Assembly: GCA_044222185.1 (NCBI GenBank)
Contig: JBGANV010000004.1
Coordinates: forward strand, 288,001-352,000
Direction: 5' to 3'
DNA length: 64,000 bases
DNA from: Planctomycetota bacterium
GTDB taxonomy: Bacteria > Planctomycetota > GCA-002687715 > CAIWVZ01
This document shows positions 50,049 to 62,700 of the stretch, one piece after another. The translations under genes were made by a program, and so were the position numbers. Position 1 is the first letter of the stretch. The number at the start of each line of letters is the position of its first letter. The notes below the pieces were generated by a model that saw only the letters and a program-made list of their open reading frames with translations, had not been told where the DNA came from and made no database searches.

Positions 50049-50945
50049 ATGGCCGCACTGGCGGCGTTCTCGGCGGGCGCGAGGTTCGACGATCGAATCC
50101 GCGCGCTCCCACGCCTGGGCGTCGGCATCTCCACGGAGTTCGGCGCCGGGCGAACGGGCCTCGACATCCTTGCGTTTCGATCGGCCCGGCCGGATCTGGT
50201 CTCGTTCCTCGAGGTGGGTGTCGACCTGGATCGCGGACTGGATGCGGACGCGCGCGCCTGGATCCGCGCCGGGCTGCCGACGACCTACCACTTCCTCGAC
50301 CTGAACCTGGAGGAGATCGAGGACCTCGATCGGGACACCCTGGACGAGGTCGCCGCGCTCGCCCGGGAGGCCGGCGCCGCGTGGCTGTGCGGGGACGCCG
50401 GGCTGTGGCACGTCGGTCCGAGGGATCGGGGGCATGGTGTGCTCGTTCCGCCGATCCTCGTGCCGTCCGGCGCCGACGCCATGGCCGAGGCGACGATCCG
50501 GCTGCGGGAGTGCACCGGATTCGAAGTCCTGCCGGAGAACCCTCCGGCCCACGTCTTCCCCGGGCCACTTCACCTCCTCGACTATTTCGGGCGCGTCTGC
50601 GACCGGGCGGATTGCGGCCTCGTCCTGGACCTTTCGCACCTCGCCGTGTTTCAGCGGGTTCGCGGCCACGAGCCCCTTACCGCCCTGGATGGGTTTCCCA
50701 TGGATCGCATCCTGGAGATCCACGTGGCCGGCGGGCGCACCGTCGAAGTCGACGGACGCACCTTCGTCGACGACGATCACGGAACGGACGTGCTCCCCGA
50801 GGTCTGGGACATCTTCGACTTCGTGCTGAGCCGTGCTCGGAACCTTCGCGCGATCGTCTGCGAGTGCGAGCGGAATCCCGTCGGCCAGGTCGTGCCGCTA
50901 TTCGAGCGCCTGGTGGCGGCAACGCGGCTTGCAGGCCGGGCCTGA
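50049..50945 (+). CDS. DUF692 / MNIO family iron enzyme
   Basis: LGVG, FLE, H.L.LNL, ENPP, GLVLDLSH, EIHVAGG, DDH, VW motifs. Confidence 0.85.
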   Translation: MAALAAFSAGARFDDRIRALPRLGVGISTEFGAGRTGLDILAFRSARPDLVSFLEVGVDLDRGLDADARAWIRAGLPTTYHFLDLNLEEIEDLDRDTLDEVAALAREAGAAWLCGDAGLWHVGPRDRGHGVLVPPILVPSGADAMAEATIRLRECTGFEVLPENPPAHVFPGPLHLLDYFGRVCDRADCGLVLDLSHLAVFQRVRGHEPLTALDGFPMDRILEIHVAGGRTVEVDGRTFVDDDHGTDVLPEVWDIFDFVLSRARNLRAIVCECERNPVGQVVPLFERLVAATRLAGRA

Positions 50946-51772
50946 TGGACACGCGTCGCCTTCAGCGGACGTTGTTCCGCATGCAGCTCGACCCGGCCTT
51001 CGCGGCCGCCATCTTCGCGGGCGACGTCGCCGCGGAACGCTCGACGGGACTCGATCGCGCGGGGCTCGCGATGCTTCAGTGCCTCGACCCGGTCGCCGTC
51101 GCCGCGGACCCCGGCGGCCGGCGGCGGGGACAGGTTCTCGGAAATCTGTCGACGGAGTTCGTCCTCACGGTGAGCGTCGCGTTGAGCGCTGAGCGTCGCG
51201 CGGATTTCCTGAACGAGTTCACCGGTTCTGAAGATTTCCACAACGCCATCACCGAGGACTCACCGCTTCCGCTGGCATTCGCCGCGTTCGCCGAGCGCGC
51301 AGCAAATGCCTCGAATTCGCGGCATTTTCAGGCGATCGCGAGGCTCGAGGCCGCCATGGCCCGAGCGCGTCGCGCGCCGCGAGCCGTGACGTTGCCCACG
51401 AGCGGGGCCTTCACGCTTTCACCTCACGCGTGGCTGGTCGCGCTTCCCGACGGCGCGCTGGCCTGGGCGGAGGACGCCCGGCTGCACATCGATCGCAGTG
51501 AAGCGTTGCCGGCGGCGCGCGTCGTCGACGGCGCGGACGGCGGGGAGACAGCCTTGGTGAAGGCGACGCCCGCACCAACACCGCGGAGGTTGTCTCAGAT
51601 CGTGGTCGAGAGACTGGAGGATGCCGTGGCTCGGCTGCTGCGCGCGGCAGAGCACGGGCTCGATGAAGCGACGCGTGATCGAGTCGCCGAGTGCACGGGC
51701 GCGACGCGCGATGAACTCGACGACTTCATCGCGTCGCTCGTCGACGACGGAGTGCTCGTTCGCGGTGAGTGA
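50945..51772 (+). CDS. Putative MNIO partner protein
   Basis: TGATG coupling to DUF692; helical N-terminus, 'A.LEAA..RA', winged-helix-like C-terminus (L..FI..LV.DGVL). Confidence 0.6.
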   Translation: MDTRRLQRTLFRMQLDPAFAAAIFAGDVAAERSTGLDRAGLAMLQCLDPVAVAADPGGRRRGQVLGNLSTEFVLTVSVALSAERRADFLNEFTGSEDFHNAITEDSPLPLAFAAFAERAANASNSRHFQAIARLEAAMARARRAPRAVTLPTSGAFTLSPHAWLVALPDGALAWAEDARLHIDRSEALPAARVVDGADGGETALVKATPAPTPRRLSQIVVERLEDAVARLLRAAEHGLDEATRDRVAECTGATRDELDDFIASLVDDGVLVRGE

Positions 51773-51788
51773 GAGCGTCGCGTCGAGC

Positions 51789-51829
51789 AAAAAAAATTTC
51801 TTCTTGAGCGACGAACAGCACGATAGACT
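51789..51829 (+). promoter_or_regulatory. Putative sigma70-type promoter with A-tract
   Basis: A8-TTT tract followed by TTCTTG-N17-TAGACT. Confidence 0.4.
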
Positions 51830-51887
51830 CCGCGCGGCTTCATTCGGAAGTCGATGGTGCAATGGAGCGAGATGCGGAGGTCCTTTG

Positions 51888-52136
51888 ATGGTGAACGTCC
51901 AGTCGCCGGCGTTTGCGCGCGTCGGAACGAAAGTCGAGCTCGTGATTCTCGATCATGAAAAGCTCGCAGAGGTGCGGGCGCGTCACTCTGGTGGCGATCT
52001 CTCCTTCCGGTTGGTGCGCGGGAAGGATGGCCTGGCTCGCATCCGATTCGTGATGCCCGAAGCCGACGAAGTGATGTTCCGGGTGCGCGGCCAGACGGAC
52101 GGGCCGAGGCTCGTACTGGTTCGAGCCCAGCACTGA
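51888..52136 (+). CDS. Small hypothetical protein (82 aa)
   Basis: GGAGGT RBS; candidate promoter upstream; beta-rich sequence. Confidence 0.55.
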   Translation: MVNVQSPAFARVGTKVELVILDHEKLAEVRARHSGGDLSFRLVRGKDGLARIRFVMPEADEVMFRVRGQTDGPRLVLVRAQH

Positions 52137-52279
52137 TCGCGCGGTTCGAGCCGCCTTTTCGCGGCTCCCGGCGATGATCTCCCGCCGCCGTACCCCCGCG
52201 GGGCGCCGGCGCCTGCGATTCGAATCCACGTCACCGGCCTTGCCCTGATTGCGCACACGGCGGAACCTTCCGCCACCCC

Positions 52280-52786
52280 ATGGCCGAACGGACTCTCGAG
52301 CAGCGCTACCGCCTACTTCTGGCCGCATTCCGGCAGGACGCCGCGTCCTCCGCCCTCCGCGAGCACCTCCGCTCGGACTTCGACCCGGCGGCCGAACTCG
52401 TGGCCCACGTCTTGTCCCAGGACCTGGCGATCGCGCCACAGGAAATCGATACCGAGCAGCTGTCGACGCTCATGCGATCACTGCTCCCAGGCCGTATCGC
52501 AGGGGACGAACGATATCGGAGCGACCTTCCCGACGTCCTCGATGGGTTCCTGCAATTCATCGCGAGGGAGGAGACGCTGCCCTCCGCGTGGAACTGGTCG
52601 ACGGCGATCGATGGGCTCAGGCGCGACTACGAAGCCGCGCTCCGCAATCCCAACCGGCCCACGTCGGCCGCGGCCGTCAAGCACACGCCCGACCGGCGGC
52701 CCGCGCCCAAGATCGGCCGCAACGACCCGTGCTTCTGTGGGAGCGGGAAAAAGTACAAGCAGTGCTGTATGAAGCTGCTCCCGTGA
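52280..52786 (+). CDS. SEC-C motif protein
   Basis: [20 protein letters not shown]. Confidence 0.88.
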   Translation: MAERTLEQRYRLLLAAFRQDAASSALREHLRSDFDPAAELVAHVLSQDLAIAPQEIDTEQLSTLMRSLLPGRIAGDERYRSDLPDVLDGFLQFIAREETLPSAWNWSTAIDGLRRDYEAALRNPNRPTSAAAVKHTPDRRPAPKIGRNDPCFCGSGKKYKQCCMKLLP

Positions 52787-53577
52787 GCCTCCAAACCGAC
52801 TCCGCCACGACCACGCCGGCCGCTTCGGGCCGCCCGCGGTCCTACCCGCACGCCATGAGGCTCAAGCCCTGGGTGTGGCACACGACCTTCGTGATCGCCC
52901 AGCTCATCCTGCGCGTCACGCACCGGATCGTGGTCAGAGGCCACGACGTTCCGCCTGGCGCCCCCGTCATCATTGCGGCCAAGCACGCGTCGGGGTGGGA
53001 CGTTCCGCTCCTCTCCTGGATCGCCAAGCGGTATCTGGGCATCAAGCCCTACTTCCAGATGGGCTCGTTCATCGGCTACCCGGTCCTCTCCCGGATCATG
53101 GGCGGCATGCGAGCGTGCGGCGGGTTTCCCGTGATGCGGCCCAAGGAGGTGCTGCGGCTTCGCAAACGCACCGACGTCGACCGCGCCAGGATCCACGAGA
53201 TGATGGACGAGGTGAACGGAATCGCGGAGGCGACGCGCCGTGCCGTCCTCGAGACCGGCCAGGTGCTCGTGTTCTTTCCGGAGGGCACCCGCGACAACGA
53301 CTCGGTCCGGCCCGTTCGAGGTCTCCACGAGATCCACAGCGCGCTGTCGGTGGCGCGATCGGGAAGGGCGGTGTGGGCCTGGCCAGTGGTGCTGTCCTAC
53401 GGCCCGAAGAAGGTGTTCCGCCGGCTCCTGCTCGTGGACCTGCTTCCCGCCATTCCCGTCGGCGCCGGGTCGGCGGAAGAGCTGGCGGCGGAGATCGAGG
53501 CGGGATTCCGATCCCGCTGGGTCCCTTCGTCCGACGTTCCCGCCGCCGTCGCCGCACCCTCGGACGGACGAGGCTGA
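52783..53577 (+). CDS. Lysophospholipid acyltransferase (PlsC family)
   Basis: KHASGWD (HX4D), FFPEGTR. Start 52783 (GTGA overlap) or 52855. Confidence 0.85.
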   Translation: MSLQTDSATTTPAASGRPRSYPHAMRLKPWVWHTTFVIAQLILRVTHRIVVRGHDVPPGAPVIIAAKHASGWDVPLLSWIAKRYLGIKPYFQMGSFIGYPVLSRIMGGMRACGGFPVMRPKEVLRLRKRTDVDRARIHEMMDEVNGIAEATRRAVLETGQVLVFFPEGTRDNDSVRPVRGLHEIHSALSVARSGRAVWAWPVVLSYGPKKVFRRLLLVDLLPAIPVGAGSAEELAAEIEAGFRSRWVPSSDVPAAVAAPSDGRG

Positions 53578-53652
53578 CCTGCGGAGGACCTGCCGAGTGC
53601 GACCTTCGCGCTGCCTTGCCCGGTCCCGCCAGGCGTGCGAACCTCCTCCACC

Positions 53653-54219
53653 ATGCCGTTGATACGCCCAGGCAGCCTGATCGTCGCCCGGCCTTCGATG
53701 GAAGACGAGAACTTCCGGCGGACCGTCATCCTCCTGTTCCAGCACGACGACTCAGGTTCCATGGGGATCGTCGTGAACCGTCCGACGACCTACCGCGTGG
53801 CGGACCTCGTCCAGAAGATCGACGGGCTGGAGGGCCGGCAGGACCGTCTTTGGATCGGCGGCCCCGTCCAGCCGAGCGCCGTGTGGGTGCTTCACTGCCG
53901 GGAGGACGTCTCCGAGCCGGGCGCGCGCGTCGCGGCCGGGCTTTTCATCGGCGGAAGCCCCGTGCTCCTGCGGGATTTGATGCGGCTCACACCGGCCAAC
54001 CCGGCACCGGGCGTGTTTCGCGTCGTTCGCGGGTACGCCGGGTGGGCACCCGGACAGTTGGCCGCCGAGGTCAAGGCCGGGTCGTGGCGCGTCACGGACA
54101 TCGACCGGGACGTCATCTTCGGCGCCGAAGCGGACCTCCTGTGGGAGGACGTCCTCGTTCGGGCCCAGCTCCCGTTCCGCGTGCCGCCGGACGCGATCCG
54201 GAACGCCCGCCTCAATTGA
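53653..54219 (+). CDS. YqgE/AlgH family protein
   Basis: D.NF.RTVI, G.VVNRP, GGPV, GYAGWAPGQL..E. Confidence 0.92.
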   Translation: MPLIRPGSLIVARPSMEDENFRRTVILLFQHDDSGSMGIVVNRPTTYRVADLVQKIDGLEGRQDRLWIGGPVQPSAVWVLHCREDVSEPGARVAAGLFIGGSPVLLRDLMRLTPANPAPGVFRVVRGYAGWAPGQLAAEVKAGSWRVTDIDRDVIFGAEADLLWEDVLVRAQLPFRVPPDAIRNARLN

Positions 54220-54734
54220 GCGCGTTCGAGCTCCACCTCGTCCCAGGGTACTTCACCGAGGCGCCGGCGCGGCTTCTCGAGCGGCTGGGGCTGGCTCCGG
54301 CGGACGGTGCGCCCCGCGACGCCATGCACGTCGAGCCCATGGAGCTCCTGGACGGACTCGGGCGGAGGATGAGGGGCATCCTGACGGTTCGCCGGGTCCG
54401 CCTCGATCGAGAGCTCGTCGGGTTGACGATCCCAAAGCTGAACGTCGCGAACCCGGCGGATCTGGAGTTGGCGCTGCTCGGGCTGTCGTGCTCGGCTCTC
54501 GCGACGGAGTCCCAGGGCGCCACGCTCATCGGCATGGATCTGGGAATGCCCGGCGGGGCGTCGATCGAGGGGACCGTGGCCGAACAGGTCGACGCGGCGA
54601 TCGCGCGGCTCGGGGAGAGGATCCTCGTCGTCGTCGCCACGGCCGACACGGCTCGGTCTCTCGGCGAACCCCCGGGTTTTCTGCGATCGGAGCTCGCCAA
54701 TCTCGTCGAGTTCCGCCGGACGTCGGCGCAGTAG
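54216..54734 (+). CDS. Hypothetical protein
   Basis: TTGA overlap with yqgE; fills the gap before glnS. Confidence 0.55.
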   Translation: MSAFELHLVPGYFTEAPARLLERLGLAPADGAPRDAMHVEPMELLDGLGRRMRGILTVRRVRLDRELVGLTIPKLNVANPADLELALLGLSCSALATESQGATLIGMDLGMPGGASIEGTVAEQVDAAIARLGERILVVVATADTARSLGEPPGFLRSELANLVEFRRTSAQ

Positions 54735-54820
54735 GCGGAGCGGTCGGCGGCGCCTCGGTCTGCGCGCGGCAGTGAGCCATGGTTTTCAGAAGCTCGCGCG
54801 GCTCGATAGCATCCCCGATC

Positions 54821-56512
<1,692 letters not shown>

Positions 56513-56539
56513 GTCCGGCGCGCGGTTCTCCGGCGGCCG

Positions 56540-56574
56540 TTGACAGCGGCGAGCGCGGGCCTAAGCTCGCGCTC
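56540..56574 (+). promoter_or_regulatory. Sigma70-like promoter overlapped by an inverted repeat
   Basis: TTGACA (56540)-N16-TAAGCT (56562); GAGCGCGGGC-CTAA-GCTCGCGCTC spans the -10 box. Confidence 0.55.
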
Positions 56575-56704
56575 ATCGAAGTTGGAGCCTCACTGCCGCT
56601 GCGCGCTCGTCGGCCGCGTCCCTTGCAGCCACGGCGCACGCGACCGCGCGTGACGTGCCGGAGTTTTGGCGCTGGGCCGCGGCAGCACTCCGGAGATCTG
56701 CGTC

Positions 56705-59700
56705 ATGACGCGGACTTCCTCGCCGTGGTGCTCGTGGACGCTGGCCGTTGTCGTGATCGCCTCGCTGGCCCCGGCGCAACTCCGCGTCGGCGTGATGCCG
56801 GGTTACCCGAACGCGCCCAAGGTGACTCCGGAGGAGCGGCGGCCCGTGCGACCCGGCGTCCCGACGTTCGTGTGGGGAAACGCCAACGGCGGCAACGGAA
56901 CGGCGAACGGCGCGAGCTACACCTGGTCGTTCTCGCCGAACCAGAACCTCAGCATCGTCCGCGTCGCCGGCGGATCTCCGAACGGCCCGTTCACGGGCAC
57001 CGTCACCAACGATCGGTTCATCGCCGAGGAGATCGTCTTCAACCTCCTGAACCAGAGCACGCGCGAGACGGTGACGGCGACGCTCACGGTCGACGCGGGC
57101 GCGGGCGGCATCGCGGCGCGATCCGTGCAGCTCGCCGTGATCGCCACGAACGACCCGGCTGCCTCGCAACCGCTCCAGCGTCTGGCGATCGACGCGAACA
57201 TCGCCATCGAGGACGGGCTCCGCTACCTCTACCGGAATCAGAATGCAGACGGGTCGTGGACCGGGAACAGCGTCGCCGGCAACATCCCGTGCGCTGCAAC
57301 GGGATTCGTCGTGTGGGCGTTCGAGAACCAGCGCCACCTGCCCACGAACGACGTCAACGAGGACATCTACGCCGAGTGGGTTCAGAAGGGGCTCGACTTC
57401 CTCTTCCGCAGCCTTCAGGTGTTGAGCGGGCCCAACGACACGCTCGCACCCCGTGCCAACCTGGGCCGCGGTGCCACGCAGAACGGCCGCTCGGACCTCA
57501 ACTCGAACGGCAAGGTGATCACCCTCTGCCCGGGCACGACGTCGGGTTACGCGTCGTCCATCGCGTGCGCCGCGATCATCGCGAGTGCAGCGCCGAACCG
57601 CGTCGTCGGCGTTTCGCCCTCGGGAACTCCGGGCGCGATCGGCATGACCTACAAGCAGGTCGTCGAGGACGTGATCGACTGGTTCGGTCACACGCAAAAC
57701 GAGGGCGGCAACGGCGTGTGGAACGGGCGCGGCGGCTGGAACTACGACCCGACCTCCACGCAGACGCGCAGCGACATGTCGATCAACAGTTGGATGTTCG
57801 TGGCGCTCGAGGGCGCTGACGACGTCTTCAACATCGACATCCCGGACTGGATCGCGCAGGAGGCGGAGTACGCCCTCGTCAACCACCAGTCGAACGTCAC
57901 GGGCGTGAGCCCGTTCGGGTACACGAATGCGGGTTCGTGCCTGGGCCCGTTCCAGCAGATGATGGCGACGAGCGGTGGGGGACTCTCGGGACTCGTCGTC
58001 GTCGAACGCGAAGGACCCCACGTGACGCCGGCGCAGATCATCAACGCACAGTCCGGGCCGCTGAACTCGATCACCGCGAAGCGGAACTCCGCGCTGGCCT
58101 ACATCGGACAGTACTGGCACGAGGTCTCCAACGGCCCGTACTGCAACGGCCACTTCAACAACTACTACGGCATGTGGACGCTGGCGCGGGCGCTGCGTCT
58201 CACGGCGAAGGCCATGGGGCTGCCGCAGGGTCAGAACCTGTCGATCGTCAACAACGGAGTCTCGTTCGACTGGGAGACGGGGGAGGATCTGCTCACCGGG
58301 ACCGTCGCGGGGCTGGGCAACGGGGCCGGCGTGACGCCCGTGGTCAGGGAGGGATACGCGAACTGGCTCGTCCGCAATCGATCCACGTCGGGCGATTCGA
58401 CGGTGCGCGGCCGGTGGAACTCGGGCATCAACTTTCTCGGCCCGATCATGGAATCGGCGTGCGCGGTCCTCGTGCTGACGCCGCGCGTGTTCCCGTCGCC
58501 ATGCCCCGCGGTCGTGAACATCCCCATCGTCGAGCTGTCGCCGCCCGTCAACACGGGAGTGCCGCCGGGCACGCAGGCCGTGCTGTCCGGTCGCGCCGTC
58601 TCGGCGACGCCCGAACGTCCGATCCTCGCCGTGCTCGTGAACGACGTGCCGGCCGACAGCCTGGATGCGTCCGGTCGGTTCTTCAAGACGGTGACGATCA
58701 ACGGCGGCATCAACACGTTCACCGTGCGCGCGGTGGATGCCTGCGGCGCGTCCGAGGTGCTCCACACGATCGTGGGTGGGACGAGTGTCAACCAGTTCCA
58801 GAACCTGTCGAACGTCACCACGGACATCGCGATCCAGTACACGAACACCACGTTCAACACGCTCACGAACGAACTCGTGTTCACGGGCATGGCGTGCAAC
58901 TCGGGGACGCAGATCCTCGACGGGCCGGTCGTCCTCGTCATCGACAACATCACGCAGCCGTCGATCCAGATCGTGAACCCGGACGGCACGACGCCCAGCG
59001 GGAAGCCCTACTTCGTGTTCCTCGACAACCCGGCGCAACCGCACCTGGGACCGGGGCAATGTTCGCCGCCGAAGACGATGCGGTTTCACAACCCGAGCCA
59101 GCTGCCGCTCGTCTTCTCCCGCACGTGGCTCGCGGTGACGAATCGCCCGCCCGTGTTCGTGAGCTCGCCCGTCGTGACGGCGGGCGCGTCGCAGGCGTAC
59201 GTCTACCAGCCGCAGGTCGTCGATCCCGACGGCGACACGCTGACGTTCAGCCTGGACCAGGCACCGGCCGGCATGACGATTCAGCCCGCGCTCGGGCTCG
59301 TGACGTGGACGACGCCGCCCGTCGCGTCCGCCGCCACGTTCAGCGTCGTCGTGCGCGCGAGCGACGGCCGCGGCGGATCCGCCACGCAGTCGTACTTCCT
59401 CGACGTGCTCTCGCAGCTTCCGAATCACCCGCCGGTCTTCACTTCGGTTCCGCCGTCCCAATCCGCCATCGGCGCCAGCTATCACTACCAGGTGACGGCG
59501 TTCGATCCGGATGCGGACCCGATCACGTTCAGCAAGATCGCGGGGCCGTCGAGCCTCACCGTCAGCGCCTCGGGTGCCGTCGACTGGCCGTTCGTGGTGC
59601 CGGGCACGGTCACGCTGACCGTGCGCGCCTCCGACCCGTCGGGCGCCTACTCGGAGCAGACCTGGGCCTTGTCCGCTGGCTCGCTCACGTCGAGCGCGGG

Positions 59701-62700
59701 CGCGCCCCTCATCTTCGGGACGCCGCCCACGATCGGAGTGGCGGGAAGCCCCTATCTGTATCAGGCCGTCGGCTCGACACCGGCGCCAGGGCAGACGCAC
59801 ACGTGGAGCCTCGGACCCGCGCCCACGGGCATGCAGGTCGACCCCGCGTCCGGGCTCGTCACGTGGACTCCGGGCTCGGCGCAAGTCGGCGTGCACAACG
59901 TGCTCCTGACTCTGTCGAACGGTGCCGGCGGTTCGGCAGCGCAGGCGTGGAGCGTGCAGGTCTACCTGCAAGCGCCCAACCGACCGCCCGTGATCACGTC
60001 CACTCCGCCGCTGATCGCGGAAGTGAACGTGCCGTACTCGTACGCCGTCGTGGCGCAGGATCCCGATCAAGATGCCATCGTGTTCGGGCTCGTGAATCCG
60101 CCAGCGGGGATGACGATCAACTCGGCGACGGGCGCCCTCGCGTGGACACCGTCGTCCGCGGGCGGGCAGACGGTCGCCATCAGCGCCACGGATCCGCACG
60201 GCGCTTTTGGCAGCCAGGTCTACTTCCTCAACGTCCTGCCGCCGAACCACGCGCCCGTGATCGTCTCCACCGCAGCGACGACGGCGACCATCGGGTCCAC
60301 GTACTACTACGACGTGAATGCGACGGACGCGGATGCGGACCCGATCACGTACTCACTGGTGACGGCACCGACCGGGATGTCGATCGGAGCGGCGACGGGC
60401 GTGATCGCGTGGAACCCGACGCTCGCGCAGGTCGGCCCGAACCCCGTCGTCGTGCGGGCCTCGGACGGCCGCGGCGGTCAGCCGACGCAGTCGTTCACCG
60501 TGACGGTGACGCCGGACAACCAGGCTCCGCTCGTCAGCATCCTCGTGCAGCCGTCGACGGTGCCCGCGCCCATCATCAACGCGCCGATCACGATCTGCGT
60601 CCAGGCCGGTGACAACGTGGGCGTCGTGAGCCGCACGCTCTCGATCGCGGGCGTTCCCGCGACGTTGGATGGGTTCTGGTGCACGACCATCACGCCGGCT
60701 CAGCCCGGTCCGATCGTCCTGGCGGCGACCGCGGCGGACGCGGCAGGCAACGTCGGTACGACGTCGACGACGATCAACGTGGTCGACCCGAACCCGGCCA
60801 ACGCGCCAACGGTGTCGCTCGTCAGCCCCGCGCCGGGGACCGTGATCACGGGCCCCACGCCGATCGTGGCGAACGTCGTGTCGGCGCAGCCCCTCGGCCT
60901 CACCTGGCAGGTGCGATTGACGAACGCTCGCACAGGCGTCGTGAAGGTCGTCGCCCAAGGCAACGGCACCGTCAACCAGGGCACGCTTGGCGTGATCGAT
61001 CCGACGTTGCTGCCGAACGACGGCTACACGGCGGAGATCACGGCGACGAACGGGGCGTTCACGTTCACGCTGCCGTTCGAGATGGGCGTCGCGGGCACGT
61101 TCAAGCTTGGCAACTTCCGTTACGAGACGGTCGACGTGGCAATCCCCGTCGCGGGAATCCCGCTCGCGGTCACCCGCCGATACGACAGCCTCGACACGTC
61201 GCCGGGTGATTTCGGTGCGGGTTGGTCGCTCGGGCTCAACGTGCGCGTGAGCGACGTCCCGAAGGAGTCGCCGCGCGAGGGCTTCCACGTGGGTACGCGG
61301 GTCTACGTGACGCGGTCCGACGGTCGCCGCGTGGGATTCTCCTGCACGGCGACGCCGACGTCGTGGCTCTTCCCGTTCATCGTGCAGATCGGCTTCACGC
61401 CCGACGCTGGCGTGACGGACACGCTCGAACTCGCCCAGCCCGAGTTCGTGATCGTCTCCCAGGGCGTGCTCTTGAGCGGGTTCGCCGACGTGTTCAATCC
61501 GGATGAATACAAGTTCACGACGCAGCAGGGGGTCGTCTACACGCTCAGTGAGGCGACCGGACTCGAGAACGTCGTCGACGCCAACGGCAACTCGCTCGCG
61601 GTCACGCCCCAGGGCATCTTCAGCTCGACGGGTGTGGCGCTGCTCTACCAGCGCGATTCTGCTGGCCGCATCACGAGCATCACGGAGCCGCAAGTGCCGG
61701 GCTCCTCCGGCCCGCCGAGCCAGCTCACCTACGTGTACGACGCCATCGGGAACCTCACCGAGTTCCACGACGAGCTGGGACGCACGGTGAAGTACTTCTA
61801 CCAGCAGCCCGGTGCGCCGCATTACATGACGCGCGCCGAGGATCCCACGGGCAATCCCTTCGTCCGCAACGTCTACGACGGCAACGGCCGCTTGATTGCG
61901 CAGTGCTCTGGCGATGGCGATCCGGCGCAGGTTCCTGCGAATCCCTGCGGTGCGACGCCCACTCCCGGTTGCACGCTCTACTGCTTCGACCCCATGTCGA
62001 CGACGCAGACCATCTACACGGCTCGCGGGCACCGCGTCGATCTCGTGATCGATCTGCGCGGGAACGTGCTGCTGGAACGCCACTATCTCGCGAACGGCAC
62101 GCCCGTCGACACGACGTTCACGTACTGGCCCGGCACCGATCTCGTCCACACGACCACGGACGCCGAAGGCAACGTGACGACGCAGACGTACGACGCGGCG
62201 GGCCGCATCGTCTCCGAGACGGGGGAGACGGGCACGTACACGTTCACCTACAACGGCTGCGGCGAGCTCGCGACGGAGACGGATCCACTCGGCAACACCT
62301 ACCAGTACGTCTACGACTCCGCGTGCCAGTTGCGGACGATCATCGATCCGCTCGGCGGCCACACCCAGGTCGACTATCAATCGACGTGCGGCGTCGGCGG
62401 CTGCCACGTCAGCGGGTACACGGACCCCGTGGGAAACCACTGGTCGGTCACCTACGACGCCTTCGGCAACCCGCAGACGACGACCGACCCACGCGGTTTC
62501 CAGATCCACTCCCAGTACGACGCGGTGGGGCAGCTGGTGCGCGAGACCGATCGAACGGGCCGCCAGGCGGACTACGCCTACGACGCGTCGGGTCGCATCA
62601 CGACCGTCACCTACAACACGACGCCGCCGGAGATCGTGCGCTACACCTACGACAGCGGCGGCCGGCTCGTGCGCGTCGTCGACAACCGAACGAGCGTGTT

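Noticed and set aside
52280-52786. SEC-C protein as SecA or as the MNIO precursor
   Set aside because: Too short for SecA; its cysteines form the standard SEC-C metal motif, and nothing but proximity links it to the MNIO.
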